64,000 nucleotides of DNA from Phallusia mammillata (taxonomy: Eukaryota): assembly GCA_965637545.1 (NCBI GenBank), contig OZ281497.1, positions 10,044,001 to 10,108,000 of the forward strand, written 5' to 3'. The notes under the pieces were generated by a model, which was not told the origin of the DNA, did not search any database, and was given only the letters and a program-made list of their open reading frames with translations. Of the stretch, positions 11,878 to 24,400 are shown piece by piece. The first letter of the stretch is position 1. Each line of letters opens with the position of its first letter. The position numbers were made by a program, and so were the translations under genes.

Positions 11878-14800
11878 ATGGGATACACTGCTGATATTCA
11901 CCAATACAGTGGCCTTCTTCATCTTCTTAAGGTACGATTTTGATGTTGATGACTACTATCTATTTTGCGAATCTCTACTTGCGCATCAGATAGTGAACAT
12001 ATTATGAACTGATGTTGCTCGTGAGAGCATTTCTCAATTTGCTAATTGTTTGGTTAAGTGAAGGAAATGTAAATGTTTTTGTTTCGGTATAACACTGTAC
12101 AAGCACATAGCGGGATATGAAGCTATGGAAAATTTTAGCGCTGGACCTTTTTTGTATCCCTGGTTAACAGACTGATAACTTCTGTAGCCTGTGGGTTTCT
12201 TTTTTCTACGCTTTTGCACGGCGTATATCACAATTCATACCCCCAGCCTTCTGAAACTATCGTAAAATTCCGTTTGTCGCATTCGAGATTTAATTAATCT
12301 TTGTTAACGTTATCAACTGTAGGCTTCTAGCAAGAAAACAGTGATCGAAATTTGCCGCATGGTGGCGCAGGCGGACAGTAAAGCTGATATTCTCACACGG
12401 ATTCGCACGGACCTGAATTTAAATGACACGGAAGCTGAAGATCTCTACGTGGATTTAACAACGTTTGTGGAGCATGTCACATATCACGGTACGAACATTT
12501 GTCAATTACAGTTAGGTTTGGGACTTTAAACATTACTTTATAGAGCATTTTTATGTGAATACCGTTTTGCATTATTTCTATGGGTGCATATGCTTCGCAG
12601 CAAGCTTTGATCAGTCACTTATGACGAATCTCAAAAGCTGTATATGTTTAAGGATGAATCGTTAATCACAGTGGATGCCATAGGCGGATCTAGACGGGGG
12701 TGTTTGGTGTTTTGACACCCCCCTCAGAAAATTGGTAAAACTTGCCGAACTCCCATTTTAAAAAAGTGCGTAAATTAAATAGGCCAAACATTTCGTTTAC
12801 CGCTGCATGATTACAGGAAGTCATTATCTCAAAGCCATGCGCCTTTATCGTTTTGTATTGGGTGTGACATGACAAGTCTATTGTGACGTAACAAGGGTTT
12901 AAAATGAAGAGTTTTATGCGCTGACAATAAAAAAGTGATTATCCGCCAAGGACGCTGAAGTAAAAAGTGCTGACTGCACTAACTGTGATGTATTAAATTG
13001 TTTTCGCAGTTAAACAATGTTAAATCCGACTAAACTGATTTAAAACGTTCAACGCTAAATTGTTTATGACCCACCAAACACGTAGTTGTTTGTTACCAAT
13101 ATTCGATTGGTGTACATCGAACCATGTTGTATTGGTAACTTGCCAATGCTTGGCATTATTTATGCCTTGCATAGTAACCAACTTGTTGCATTCTTAACGT
13201 TGCGCAACTTAAAATGTGACCCATCCTTTTCAAAAAGTTCATGCAAACATCAGAACAGAGCGGTTTCAAAGGTGCATCGGGCTAATAATACTCAGGTCTC
13301 AAAACGTGGAGACGATTAAACAGCAAATTACGATTTGAGTACAAAAAAGTTCGTCTTCTTGCGGCTCGCTAAGAAAATTTATCGGTAAACATTTTGTGTT
13401 GTGTTAGAGTTAGAAGAGCAATGTCGTTTAAACTTCTTACTTAAAGAAACGCAAATGATCAGGGCAGAAACTATGGGTTATGTTTTTGAATTTATAAACA
13501 GTGCAACATCACAAGCTTTGTGCGTCCATGGTAGTAAAACAGTTTTTCCCAACCCCGAATCTCCGTTATGCATTATGCACTGCGTAGTTACAAAAGTGAT
13601 ACCTTGCGACGGCAGTTTTTTTGGTGCGTGAGTGACGTTTTATTAGAAAGGGGAATACCCGAATCGTATCATACAACGTCATTATCGCATCAGCGAATTT
13701 CCCAACTAATTGTTGGACACCCCCCTCAAATTTTTTCTAGATCCGCCCCTGGTGGATGCTATGTACTAAAATGCGGTTAGTCCAAAGCCTCCCAGTCGGC
13801 TTTATGTATACATAAAGCTTACCCACGGCAAATTTCAAGCTAATATACGTGTGTTATTTTTGCAAAAAAATGCATAGAAGTTGTTTACATCAATTGTGAG
13901 TCCGTCAAATGCATGAGCTTTTTTGATCTTCTGTTGATCGGCTTCAACTGGTTTCCATGAAACGAACACGATCTCATGTTTCTCAGAAAATTGCGCTATC
14001 TCGAAAGTCGTGTGCATTCACCTTAAGCTGCAGATTTCGTTTTTTGGGAAATCGGAGCAATGTTTACGGCCCTGGGCTTAATGCATACGGTTGCGCTTCA
14101 TTTGGGTATTCAATATTTTCAATACGATTTGTGGATTTTGAAACGTCTTTTTTTGTCTGCAAAGCTGATTACAAACCCGTAATGCTTTGCGAAAGTTTGA
14201 AAAAATTAGTTAAAGGTGTACTTTAGGAAATTTGTTGTTTTGGCCTAAAACCAAAAGGCCTTGTCTAGTTTTATATTCATTGAATACAGAACGGCATTTG
14301 TTGTGTAATTTTCTAAACAGCTACACTAAAATGCAACATTGTTAAAATATTCAGTAAACAGATGTTTAAGATAGGTAACACACACACATTGTTGAATAGA
14401 CAATAATTGAAAAAGTAGCTCTTTCGCCTAAAACGCGGTTATTGTCTGTCATTTTTAATCCTGCAAATTTGTGCACCTTTCCGAAAAGGGGTCAAATTAT
14501 CGTTACGTTTTAACCCTTAACCAACATTTAGATATGGCATATTCATTTACATATACTGTACCTAATCTTATCGGCATTAACGCACCTTGATTCTCTTGTA
14601 CGAAGATTTCCACGATGTCGACTCCATCAAATCGAGTTTACCCGCAGACTTTCATCCAAACCTTCGTGATCTGCTGACAAAGATTGTCGCAGATAATTCG
14701 GCCAAATGGCGATCAGATCTTCTCTCCAAACAAGGTATGTTTGAGAAAATATGACTTGTTATGATCAAATATATTCCTGTGTTTTTAAACACCCGAGAGT

Positions 14801-17241
14801 ACTACTGTATTATGGATGCATCCGCGTTTTCATAAGGATACATTTTAAAGTTTAAAAATTTTCTTCTGTAATTAAAACGTGGTAATGCACAAAAAAAATA
14901 AGGAGCCAAAAATGCAGTATCAAGAGTTTCTGCCCCTTAACTTGGACTTTTGTAAAGCTTATGTAACAATTTGTTCGCAAAAAAAGAAATCATTATTATT
15001 TGAAAAGTTAGCAGTAAAAAAGACATAAACACAAATGATTGTCAAAAAATGTGTTTTGCAGTTTGACTGATCAACCTATTCAGACCTATGTAACTTATTA
15101 AGTCCAACTATATTATATGTAAATCGAATATGAAAAGGCGTTTTCGATTTAATGCCGTACCCGATTATACAGGAGTGTGTTTATTACTGCATAACGAGAT
15201 TGGCCACTTTAGCCGCTTTTCTGCAGCTTGGTGTTATTCGATGTTGCTATTTTTAAAATACCTTTCTGCTAAGTGTTAGTGTTTGGAAATGACTACAAAT
15301 AAACAGCTTTTGCATCTGATTTTATCACCAATTTGAACTTAAATAACTTTCCATGAAATTTGTGGGGATCGTTGGTACAAATCCTGTTTTCTGGGAAACT
15401 TTGGTCAAACTATGACCAGCGAACAGAAAAACCTTTTTCATTTAAGGCTTTCAGTTAAAAGAGAGTTAAATTGGTATCTTTTCGGTAGCCTCGAAATCCA
15501 TTTTGTCGGTTAAAAATCTTTCAAACCCTATCTTTGTACTTGTACAATGGTATAGTTATGTTCAAATTGGTGATAAAATCAGATGCGAAAGCTGTTTATT
15601 TGTAGTCATTTCCAAAGTTTGTACAAGGGTATAGTTATGTTGAAAACAACTGCACATTACCTTAATTGACATTTGCAAATTTCGAAAGGTTTGGTCCGAT
15701 TTCACGCTTATGATTATCGGGATCTCGAAAAACCTGGATGGTTATCCCGCAAACTACGTCACATCTGTGTTCGAGCAACGTCACAGGCCAAATGTCTCAT
15801 CAATCTTCAGTTATTTCTCCGAAACTTATTGTTGAACGGCAAACCGCATAATTCGTATCCCGCCTTTGACCGAGTTTTTTATACTTTTCAACCGAGATCG
15901 GATCAGCGAGCGGTTTACCTCCGTTCACGAATTCTCAGAGTGTGTTTACGCCACTTTCGTTTTGTGCGGTTTGCGCTCCAAGCAAATTCTGCAAAACTGC
16001 CTGCCTTGTTATAAACATCCATTAACCGGGTTGTTGCCCCTCGAATAGCATGGCATACTGTTATGCTTGTTGTGAAATGGATTAACAAAGAAATAACACA
16101 ACCAAATAAAGCAAGTACAATTTGTTACCGTATTTGCTCGATCGTAAGCCGCCCTCGTTTATAAGCCGCCCTCGATTGTAAGCCGCATGTTGAGGTGTTA
16201 AAAAAATAATGTAAGCCGCCCTCGATTGTAAGCCGCACGCTGGAATTTTAGATACGATTGTTTCCTAAAACATCTTTCTGTTGTTATATGATGTGACTAT
16301 TTGCCCATATCTACTAGTTACGTTGATAACTGTACCCAACAGAACGTATATCGACGTATAATCTGTACATGCATACATGTGTTGAACCCAAAATACGTTA
16401 AAAAGCTGAAGTGTAGAAATTATATCGGTATAAAATAAAAATGTAAGCCGCCCTCGATTGTAAGCCGCCCTCGATTATAAGCCGCACAAACGGCAGCTAA
16501 AAAACAATATAAGCCGCGGCTTACAATCGAGCAAATACGGTATGTGGGTGTATAGATTAGATAAAACAGTCGGAGATTTAATCGCCCAACTTCTAAAATG
16601 TAACCTACTTCCGCATTTGCAGTTAATGCATTGCCCAACCCGGGTTATTAACACTAAATAAGAACAAATTAATGAAGCATTTTTCTGAATGTTGAAGACT
16701 ACCTCATTATTTTGAGTGATGCATTCATGACTGCAAACGTAATAGTACATATAATTTTTTCTCTTGTTTCTGTGCAGTGAGCTTCCCTAAAGTGGAAGAA
16801 TTAAATTGGAAAGTTGAAAGTAATTCCACCACAACTAGACGTCCAACCTGTAAACTGAACATCAAGGTGCTGTTTTGTGCTTTTATGTGTCTTTTACTCA
16901 AAGCATTTTTTTACTTTGATTTTGAAAACATGGTTTTGAAATTGTAACAGTGATGACGTAACAAATAACTTAGCAGAATACAATCGATGAAAAGCTTTAA
17001 AATAAAATAAAGCAAATGTATGTGGTTATTTTCATGTCGTAAGGGCAATGTTTTATTATGTTGTTTTATGTTTAAAGATTTATGTTCTGTTCATCTCTTT
17101 AGAAAAAATCCACTCAGTGTTTTGTTTTTGCAGACGAACGATGAGAAGGACATAAAAATAGTGATGAGCAAAGCAACTTTGGACACAATGCTTGATTCGC
17201 TGTCGACAATACGCGATCAAATATCCTCAGTGGCGCCGTAA
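11878..17241 (+). CDS. COMMD9: COMM domain-containing protein 9, 5 exons, ~181 aa
   Basis: Exons 11878-11931, 12323-12488, 14606-14734, 16778-16866 and 17134-17241 join in frame (546 nt). LLHLLK|ASSKKTVIEIC, LPADFHPNLRDLLTKI..W, VSFPKVEELNWKV..PTC and MSKATLDTMLDSLSTIRDQISSVA all parallel COMMD9. Confidence 0.93.
12679..13751. mobile_element. 1073-bp non-autonomous hAT transposon in COMMD9 intron 2
   Basis: TIR CATAGGCGGATCTAG / CTAGATCCGCCCCTG. Perfect 8-bp TSD GTGGATGC (12671-12678, 13752-13759). Subterminal GACACCCCCCTC at both ends. No intact ORF. Confidence 0.92.
15282..15641. repeat. 57-bp inverted repeat with a 23-bp direct duplication around the second arm
   Basis: Arms 15282-15338 and 15560-15616 (one mismatch). 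TTGTACAA(T/G)GGTATAGTTATGTT at 15540-15562 and 15619-15641. Confidence 0.9.
16128..16540. mobile_element. pogo/Tigger-type (Tc1/mariner superfamily) MITE in COMMD9 intron 3
   Basis: TA target duplication on both sides. TIR CCGTATTTGCTCGAT(C/T)GTAAGCCGC. Multiple subterminal TAAGCCGCCCTCGAT repeats. Confidence 0.9.
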
Positions 17242-17541
17242 ATCGCTTAATTTCCCGTTTTTGACTTTTTTGAAAAAACACCGTGTTTCTTGAAAACTTA
17301 CATCATCGTCGTCAAAAACATAACATGGCACTTAAAAATCGTAATTTGCGTAACGCAGTGTCGTCGAAGTGACGCATACTCTGTGTTGGAACTACTTGGA
17401 AAAGATTTATTGACAACTTTTTGCCGAACGGTCAATCTACATTCCCTTGTGGGATTTTTGCGAAATCTAATTGGTTTTGTTAAAGGAATACTACTAAACC
17501 TCATCCATGAATCAACCATTATACATGTACATTAAACCCAA

Positions 17542-17547
17542 AATAAA
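17542..17547 (+). terminator. Probable poly(A) signal of COMMD9
   Basis: First AATAAA seen after the stop at 17241, about 300 nt downstream. Confidence 0.5.
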
Positions 17548-18420
17548 TCGACACCACGGTTGTGCGGTTATAGTTATCGTTTCTCCTCATTTTATTTTAC
17601 GTTTAAAAACAGACAAACTAATTTTTTTAATTTAAAATGCATCTATTTGTGAAATGTTGCCAATAAACGCTTAGGCGAACGTAGGTCGTAAAAAGATAAA
17701 CAACTTACGCACATTGTCATTTGTTCTAAAGCTGTGTTTATACGAACAATAATTGTATACCTTTTCTCTTAAAACGTGTGCAAACTTCTGTGGTAAAACC
17801 TGAAATACAAGTGTAACGCCGCGCACAGTAGACTTGGTAAACAACGCAATAGATATTACGTCATGCAAATTCCACCTCTTAACCGCCGAAAAAACGTTGA
17901 TTATTATCAGATTAAATTGGTCGCGATTGACCTGATTACGTTTTCTGCGTAGTAAAGCCACAAGTATTTGAGCAAATTAGTTTTGAAAAAGAAATTCTTT
18001 TTCATCAAAAATTATGTGCTAAAAAGTCAAACTGCACTGTCTCCATGGTAACAAATCTGATGTTTTTAGCGCTCATTGTTATTTGAACCAAAACTCCCAA
18101 CAAGAAAAAAGATGTATTAAAATGTTTGCAATGTATATGTTTTGCTTGCATGTGGAAATAAATGCTCAAGCGAACTCCACCTCCATAAAGACAAACCGAA
18201 TGAAAATGTATGACATACTGAGTTTTGTTTTGTTCACATCTAACTTTTAATACGCGTGTATTTGTTAGTAAAAATTTAACTTTCTTGTGCAATAAATTCA
18301 TTGTCAGTATTTTCAAGTGGTAATTTATTGTAAAACAAGTTTAAAAGTCCCGAGTTTTAGTTGTAAGGTGGAAGGAACCAGTTTAAAATCCTAAACCAAT
18401 TTCCAGATTTCTTCCATAAA

Positions 18421-18438
18421 GGCCCGCTTACAACTCTG
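18421..18438. mobile_element. Solo right-end remnant related to the MITE at 9257-9632
   Basis: GGCCCGCTTACAACTCTG resembles GGCCCTAGTTACAACTCTG ending at 9632. No left TIR was seen. Confidence 0.4.
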
Positions 18439-20670
18439 GTACAAACCATTCACTTTACAATGTTATTTAGGGTGGTTTATCTAATAAGTTTTTGACCACG
18501 TCGTTTTGGAAACAAAACGCTTTCGAGTTAATACAAAAATGCATATTTAACTTAATGTAACATTTTAAGTGAGGTGTTAATGATGAAATTTATTTTTTCT
18601 TCGTGCACGCTGAGCGAATTGCGAAAGAAAAGTATAAATAACTAATTTAGCCACCCTGGTAATGCGGTTCAGTTAATCGTTTTATGGCACTTAACTGTAA
18701 TTATGTAAAGAGGGCGCATTGTTTAAACTGCATGTTTTTTGCAGCCTGCTTGTTTCACTTTTAAATTGTTTTTATTTGGAAGGCTTCAGTGTCACTAAAA
18801 AAGGTTCATGAGCACTCTTTCAAACGTTAGCTTACATTCTTCTGGTTGCAACATAAAATTTGTCTATTGCAGGTGGTCATAACAATGACGAACTGTATTT
18901 TTACGCGTCACATTTTGCAGGCTAAAAACAACTGAGAGTTGTTTAAAGAATTTTGTTTAGAATTGTAATGTGATGTGTGAAACTGCTCTTGGGAGCAAAT
19001 AACACCAAGATGATATTCTTTTCCTAAAACATGTGATGACTTTGCAAAAACGACTTTATCGCCGCACCTACAAAAATATTTTGCGGTAAACAGTTTGAGA
19101 ACCGATGCTTCACATGTGTCGTTTTCTTTCTTGTATGTTAAATTTTTTAAATTGTTTTGAAACCAGCATTTCAGTTCTCATACAGGTTAGCCCACATATC
19201 TAAAAGATAAGTTTGGACTTTAGCTTTGTGAAAAATATAATTGCTATATAATTGCTCTTAAAAGTAGCCTACCGGTTCGTAACTGCCCTATTTATGGCAG
19301 CTGATGCACCTTGTTTTGTTGTTGGACATTCGTTACGTACAAAGGGCTAAAGCCCACTACTGGAATTTTTATTTTTAACCTAGGCTATTCACAGAAAAAG
19401 ATAAATTTAAAGTTTGCGTGCAAAACACCCAACTAACTTTTACAACAGATAAAAACACTTATTTGCTCAAAAAGGCAAATTTCTGTTTATCTGATACAGC
19501 CTACACAAATTATATTTTGTTTCGTCACCAGATTTTGACGTTTGTTGGGTATAAAAATACTTTTATGAAGGCATCGTACTGGGAACGTTGTGTTGTAGAG
19601 ACTGGGCCGAATGTACAATAACTCATCTTTATTCGCTATCGTCATGAACTTGTTAATTATGAGTTCCCCTCCCTAAGGGGACACATATTGTTTTTATTCG
19701 TATTTTGTAATTTTTTCGTATTTCTTTTTCTATTTTCTTTTTCTTTTTTTCTGGTTAATCCGGGCATGTTTCAACTGTTTGGTAATAAAATAACGTTGTT
19801 ATAAGGATTTTATGCATGTCTGAAGTGGATTCTTTCAAAGTTTAAAGACGGATTGCTCGGCGGTTTACCCAGGGGCCCTCAAAATGTGGAAATAAAACGG
19901 CTATAGCTTATATCTACTAAAATACATATTCCAGGAGTTTTGTGCTTCGTTGATTGGTCCATTGAAAACAATTTTAAATGTTTAGTTACTTATTACACTG
20001 TGATATGTGGTTGCATAGTTTTCTAACGATTCAGTACCGATGTAAGGTTGTATATTTTACCACTTTCAAATTCTGTACGAGCTAGGCCAAACTTTGTGGT
20101 TGAAAAGAACCATAAAATAGACTTACTGCGATTTGCGAAACAGTTAAGAATGATTTGTTCATCAGTACCACAATATGGCTTCCTAATTTTGACATAACTT
20201 AATCTCGTCAACACATTAGAAAACGAGTTGTTGTACATTTGTCACAGTGTTTTTTTTAATCTTGACACAAAATAAACTCCAGAAAAATAGGTTAGGTACA
20301 ATTTAGACAAAACGCTGTGGTTGTTGAATATAAAGGATCTGTAATACATTTTTGGTTTTCCAGGAAAAGTTTTAGCTGTTTTAAAACAGGCCCTGGGCTA
20401 TAATATCAAGGTTAAATATAAATATTCGAAGCTTTTTTTCTTGTCCTTCATTACTTTAGTTAATATATATAGAATCACAATGATGTAAAGAGAATATGGA
20501 CAAACAGTTTTGTGTGGGTTGATGATTTCTACCAATTTGTCCTTTGAAATCCATAAATATTTACACCATTTTGATGCTGTTACTAATTTGCAATTCCACG
20601 TTGTGGGGACCCATTTGTTTTTGCTTCTAAAAACAATCGTGTGAGTAGGTGTAGTTAAGAGGATTCGTTT

Positions 20671-20676
20671 TTTATT
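20671..20676 (-). terminator. Probable poly(A) signal of the ARID5 gene
   Basis: First AATAAA seen on the - strand after the stop at 21469, about 800 nt downstream. Confidence 0.45.
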
Positions 20677-21468
20677 TATAATGGAGTGTTTTTCAGCAAA
20701 GTTGTAAACTCGTCTCTTTCAGTCCCCTTCTGAAATTACTATCTATTTCTACGTGACATCGTCGTAAAGATGTGAAGCGTGTTTGAGCATATTTTTAACT
20801 TTCCCTTGCTCGTTAACAAACAATCTTGCATTTTGAAGAAAGCTACTAAAGGTAAGTTAACAATCTTTAACTTCTGACACTGAATCGCCTCAACCCAAAA
20901 AACACACCAGTTGATAATTTATCGTAGTTCTTGGTTTCCCACAGAAAGCTCGGCAAACAAATATCGAAAAGTGACAAAAGGAAAAATGGAAAACAAACAA
21001 ATTATCATTCGAACTTGGCGTTATACCTTCAATGCACACAAATCGCGCGAGACTTCTGAAACAAGCGAAACAAACAAAAAACACGAGAACTTCCATAAAA
21101 TTTGCCGCGGCAAAATCATACCTATACGACGAAATCGTGACTGCGCACTTTAATGATGATTGGGCTAAATTTTCCATCGCTGCACCGAAGATTCAAATTT
21201 ATCTGGCGCTGAATTTAGGTGCGACACAAATTGATCGCTAATACGTATTGGAATGACAGTTGGCTGCACAGTGGCGTGACGTCACACCACGCTGACGTCA
21301 TTACACTTTTGTTCACTAGTGGATCGGATACGAGGAGGGTGGCGGGAGTACAGTATGTACGTAGAATCACAGCAAGTAATAGCAGCAACTGTCAGGCATA
21401 ATAGAGATATAATATCGTTGTGAACTGTATCAAGGAAAAGAGAAAATAAGAAAGGCTCTCTAACGCCG

Positions 21469-24400
21469 CTATCGTCGCGCATACGACGGGTAATAAGGAC
21501 TACCGACGTCGTTCGAAAAATGCGGTAACGGCGCGGCGACAAAGCTAGCGTTGCGGATTGCACCAGGAATCTGACCGGGAACACTGGTAAAGGCGGGAAC
21601 CCCGTAACGAGCCAAGTCGTGTAAGTCATGTTGAAGTTTGGCGGAGGATGATCCTGAACTGGCTGATTCCTGCATTTGACGAATTGCCAATTGTTGGTAC
21701 ATCGCTAACGCCGCCGGGTCTTGAGGACGCATGTGGCTGCTTAACAGTGCTGCCCGGGCTAAATGTGTCGCCGCCGCAGCTTGTTGTTCCTGATGCGTAA
21801 TTATACGCATTTGTTGTTGCGATTTCTCGATATGTTGTCGCAACAGGGCTTCTTGTAGTTCGGGGTGCATGAGAGGATTGGTGACCACGGACTTCATGGC
21901 CTCCTGCAGAGCGTGCTCCAACATTTTCGGTGTGTTGGCCACTGACGGTGGAAGACTGGATAAAAACGCCGAAGCGGCTGCACCGTTATCCTTGCAGGGC
22001 GACCGCGGAACCGAGATTTGAGGGCCGGCTGATGGGCGTTTTAAAGGCTCCTGATATTCCGGTCGGACTTCGGGACGTCTCGGAAGTTTGTAAGGGTCTA
22101 TCTGAGGCTGATTTAGCTTTCGCTCCATCGGTTTCATGTACCCGTGTGATGGGTGCTGAGGGGTTTCGGGGGATGAATGCATAACACGAGGTTTGTTATC
22201 GTTTGATGAGTGCTGTGGTTTGTTGTTAGGATGAAGCTTAATATTCCGCGTATCCGCTGTCAAGCGATCGACCGAAAAAGAACTGGAAAATGGCTTCGTC
22301 TGAGGCGGTTCTTTAGAGTAAGGTCGCTGCTCAGGCTGGGGTGGACTTCTTGTTCGAGGCACGTACTGGATTTTACTCTTTTCCGCACTATGGTTCACAC
22401 CATTTGTGATTACAGGACTTCTACTGTCTGTTGGTTTATGTTGAGGACGATTCGGGGTGTCTCTCGGCGACGATTGCTCTTTCTGTTGCCACATTTGTCT
22501 ACTGGCAGCAATCATTCCATTGGGTGGGCGGTAATAGCTCCCTTTGCGTGGCTGCTGCTGCTGCTCCCGTGGCAGCTCGATGCGCTTTGGCGGGGAAACT
22601 GGGCGCATTCGCCCGTCGACGCCTGGGCGCGCTACCGGGAAACCGTTCATGGGTCGCTTGGGCTCAGCGCCTCTACGAGCGTCCGGTTTTATCACAGGAC
22701 GTTGAGACTCATCAAGGCGTCGCGGATCCACGAAGCTGGGTCTTGGTTGTCTCGCTTCTGGAGGTATTCGGGTTAGTCGAGGGGATAAAAGAACAGGAGG
22801 TTCGGCTTTTAAGTTAGATTGCATATGCCGATGATGGTTGCTGGTCTGCTGGTTGTAATTATACGAGCTCGATTTAATGTCCATCGGCTTGTAAACATCT
22901 TCGAGTTTTTGATCATCGAGGGCCATAAGGTTTCGAATATCATAGCGACCGTGACTTGCACTTGGAGGCATGACCCTCGATTGAGCGATCTCGGTTCGAT
23001 GTCGTTTAGGACTGGATGGTGAAATAGTTCGCGGGTTGGAAGTAGAGACTGGGAGGTGATGATCGTCATGAGGCCGTTTCTGTAACATACAAAAAAGTTG
23101 ATCATATCAGCATGACAAGGGATTAAATCGTTTGACTAAGCATAATTTTACAGTCGGCAAAAGTAAAACAAGTTTTTACCTGCAACCTTGATGTAGAAAA
23201 CTTGTCCGATGGTGAAGTGTCGATTGGGGGAGGAGGTTGTCGTGTCAAGTCAATGCTCGGACCTGGAGGGGTTTTCCCGTGCTCCGGGAGGGGAAGGGTC
23301 GGTTTCGATTTTGGCACAAACGGGGGCGGGGCGTTCGACATTCGGGGGCAGAAAGTCCTGGTTGGAATCGACATAGATCGGAAGGGGGCATCAGAAGGTT
23401 GTTGCTGTGGCATTCGACTTGTACCAACTATAACCGACGCCCTAGTGTATTGCGCACCGTTTAATGACGTCACAGGTGATGTTGATGATGTAGGCGGGCG
23501 TGATGTGACGTTGATTGGTGGAGGTGGCGAGAGCTTGGCTTTCGTATCCTCTTTGGTGTCCAATTTCATTCCATGGCCTGCAGAGAGGTCTTCAGGCGAC
23601 GATGCCTTAGCAGGCCGAATGACGTCATTCGGCCGTGACGTCAGGAGTTCCTCGCGTATGACGTTGTGCGCCAGCGTCTCAAACTTGACGAAGGACGATG
23701 GCTTGCTCGACACTTGGGACACAGAAGGTTTTTCGTCGGAAACGATTGGGAAAGATTTGCTCTCCGCATCTTTGCTGTCATGGTATCCGTTCTCAGGTGA
23801 GGTAACTTTGGTTGGAATGGTTTTTGGCGGCGTGCCAACCTTGCTTTTGGCGCCATTGATAAAATATGCGTCACCGTTGTAGGCACGCTGCACAATGTTG
23901 CTTTCTTTCGACGACAGGTGCTAAAAAACAACATATTGATACGTAAGTATTTACGGTCGTGTTTTGAAGCATTGCGATAAGTGGAGTGAGGTAATATTTA
24001 CTGAAGCACGAATTGTTGTTTAAAGTGTTTACTAGGTCAGATAGTTCGACAACGGTTTATAATTTCTGAGGTTTGAAGACGCTAGCCTGACTCGAAAATC
24101 GCCAAAAACATCCTCTACTTTCAAGTCAGCTAAAAAACATTGTTTACAACGCTGTGCTTTAAAGGTTTTCTTCAAATATGCCACAACATATTTCCAGTGA
24201 TCAAACCAACGTCACAAGTTCAACACACTTTAACACCAGCCACAGCGGTCGGAAGCGATAGGCGAAGACGCTCGATTTCGAGAAACATAAAAATAATTGG
24301 TCACGACGCGATTCCATAGCGCTCACAGGTAGAGGCCCGGGTTTGTGCGATAATTTGCCCGCACTATTTTTAGCCGTTGCCAGGCACGACTTACAGCGTG

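Noticed and set aside
14581-14605. U12-like branch (CCTTGAT) and AAG acceptor in COMMD9 intron 2
   Set aside because: The donor at 12489 is GTACGAAC, not GTATCC, so it is treated as a U2 intron.
15673-16048. GC-rich block with 113-aa ORF in COMMD9 intron 3
   Set aside because: TTG start and no motif. It may be a decayed repeat but cannot be classified from the sequence alone.
16140-16520. Repeated TAAGCCGCCCTCGAT units as a CRISPR-like or satellite array
   Set aside because: They are subterminal repeats within a TA-flanked MITE in a eukaryotic intron.
19655-19760. CCCCT..AGGGG mini-hairpin followed by a T-rich tract, reminiscent of Helentron/HINE ends
   Set aside because: No matching opposite end or second copy was seen.
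21930-23882. Long + strand ORFs (22210-22776, 22431-22817, 23202-23882)
   Set aside because: Antisense shadows of the GC-rich ARID5 exons, with no recognisable protein features.
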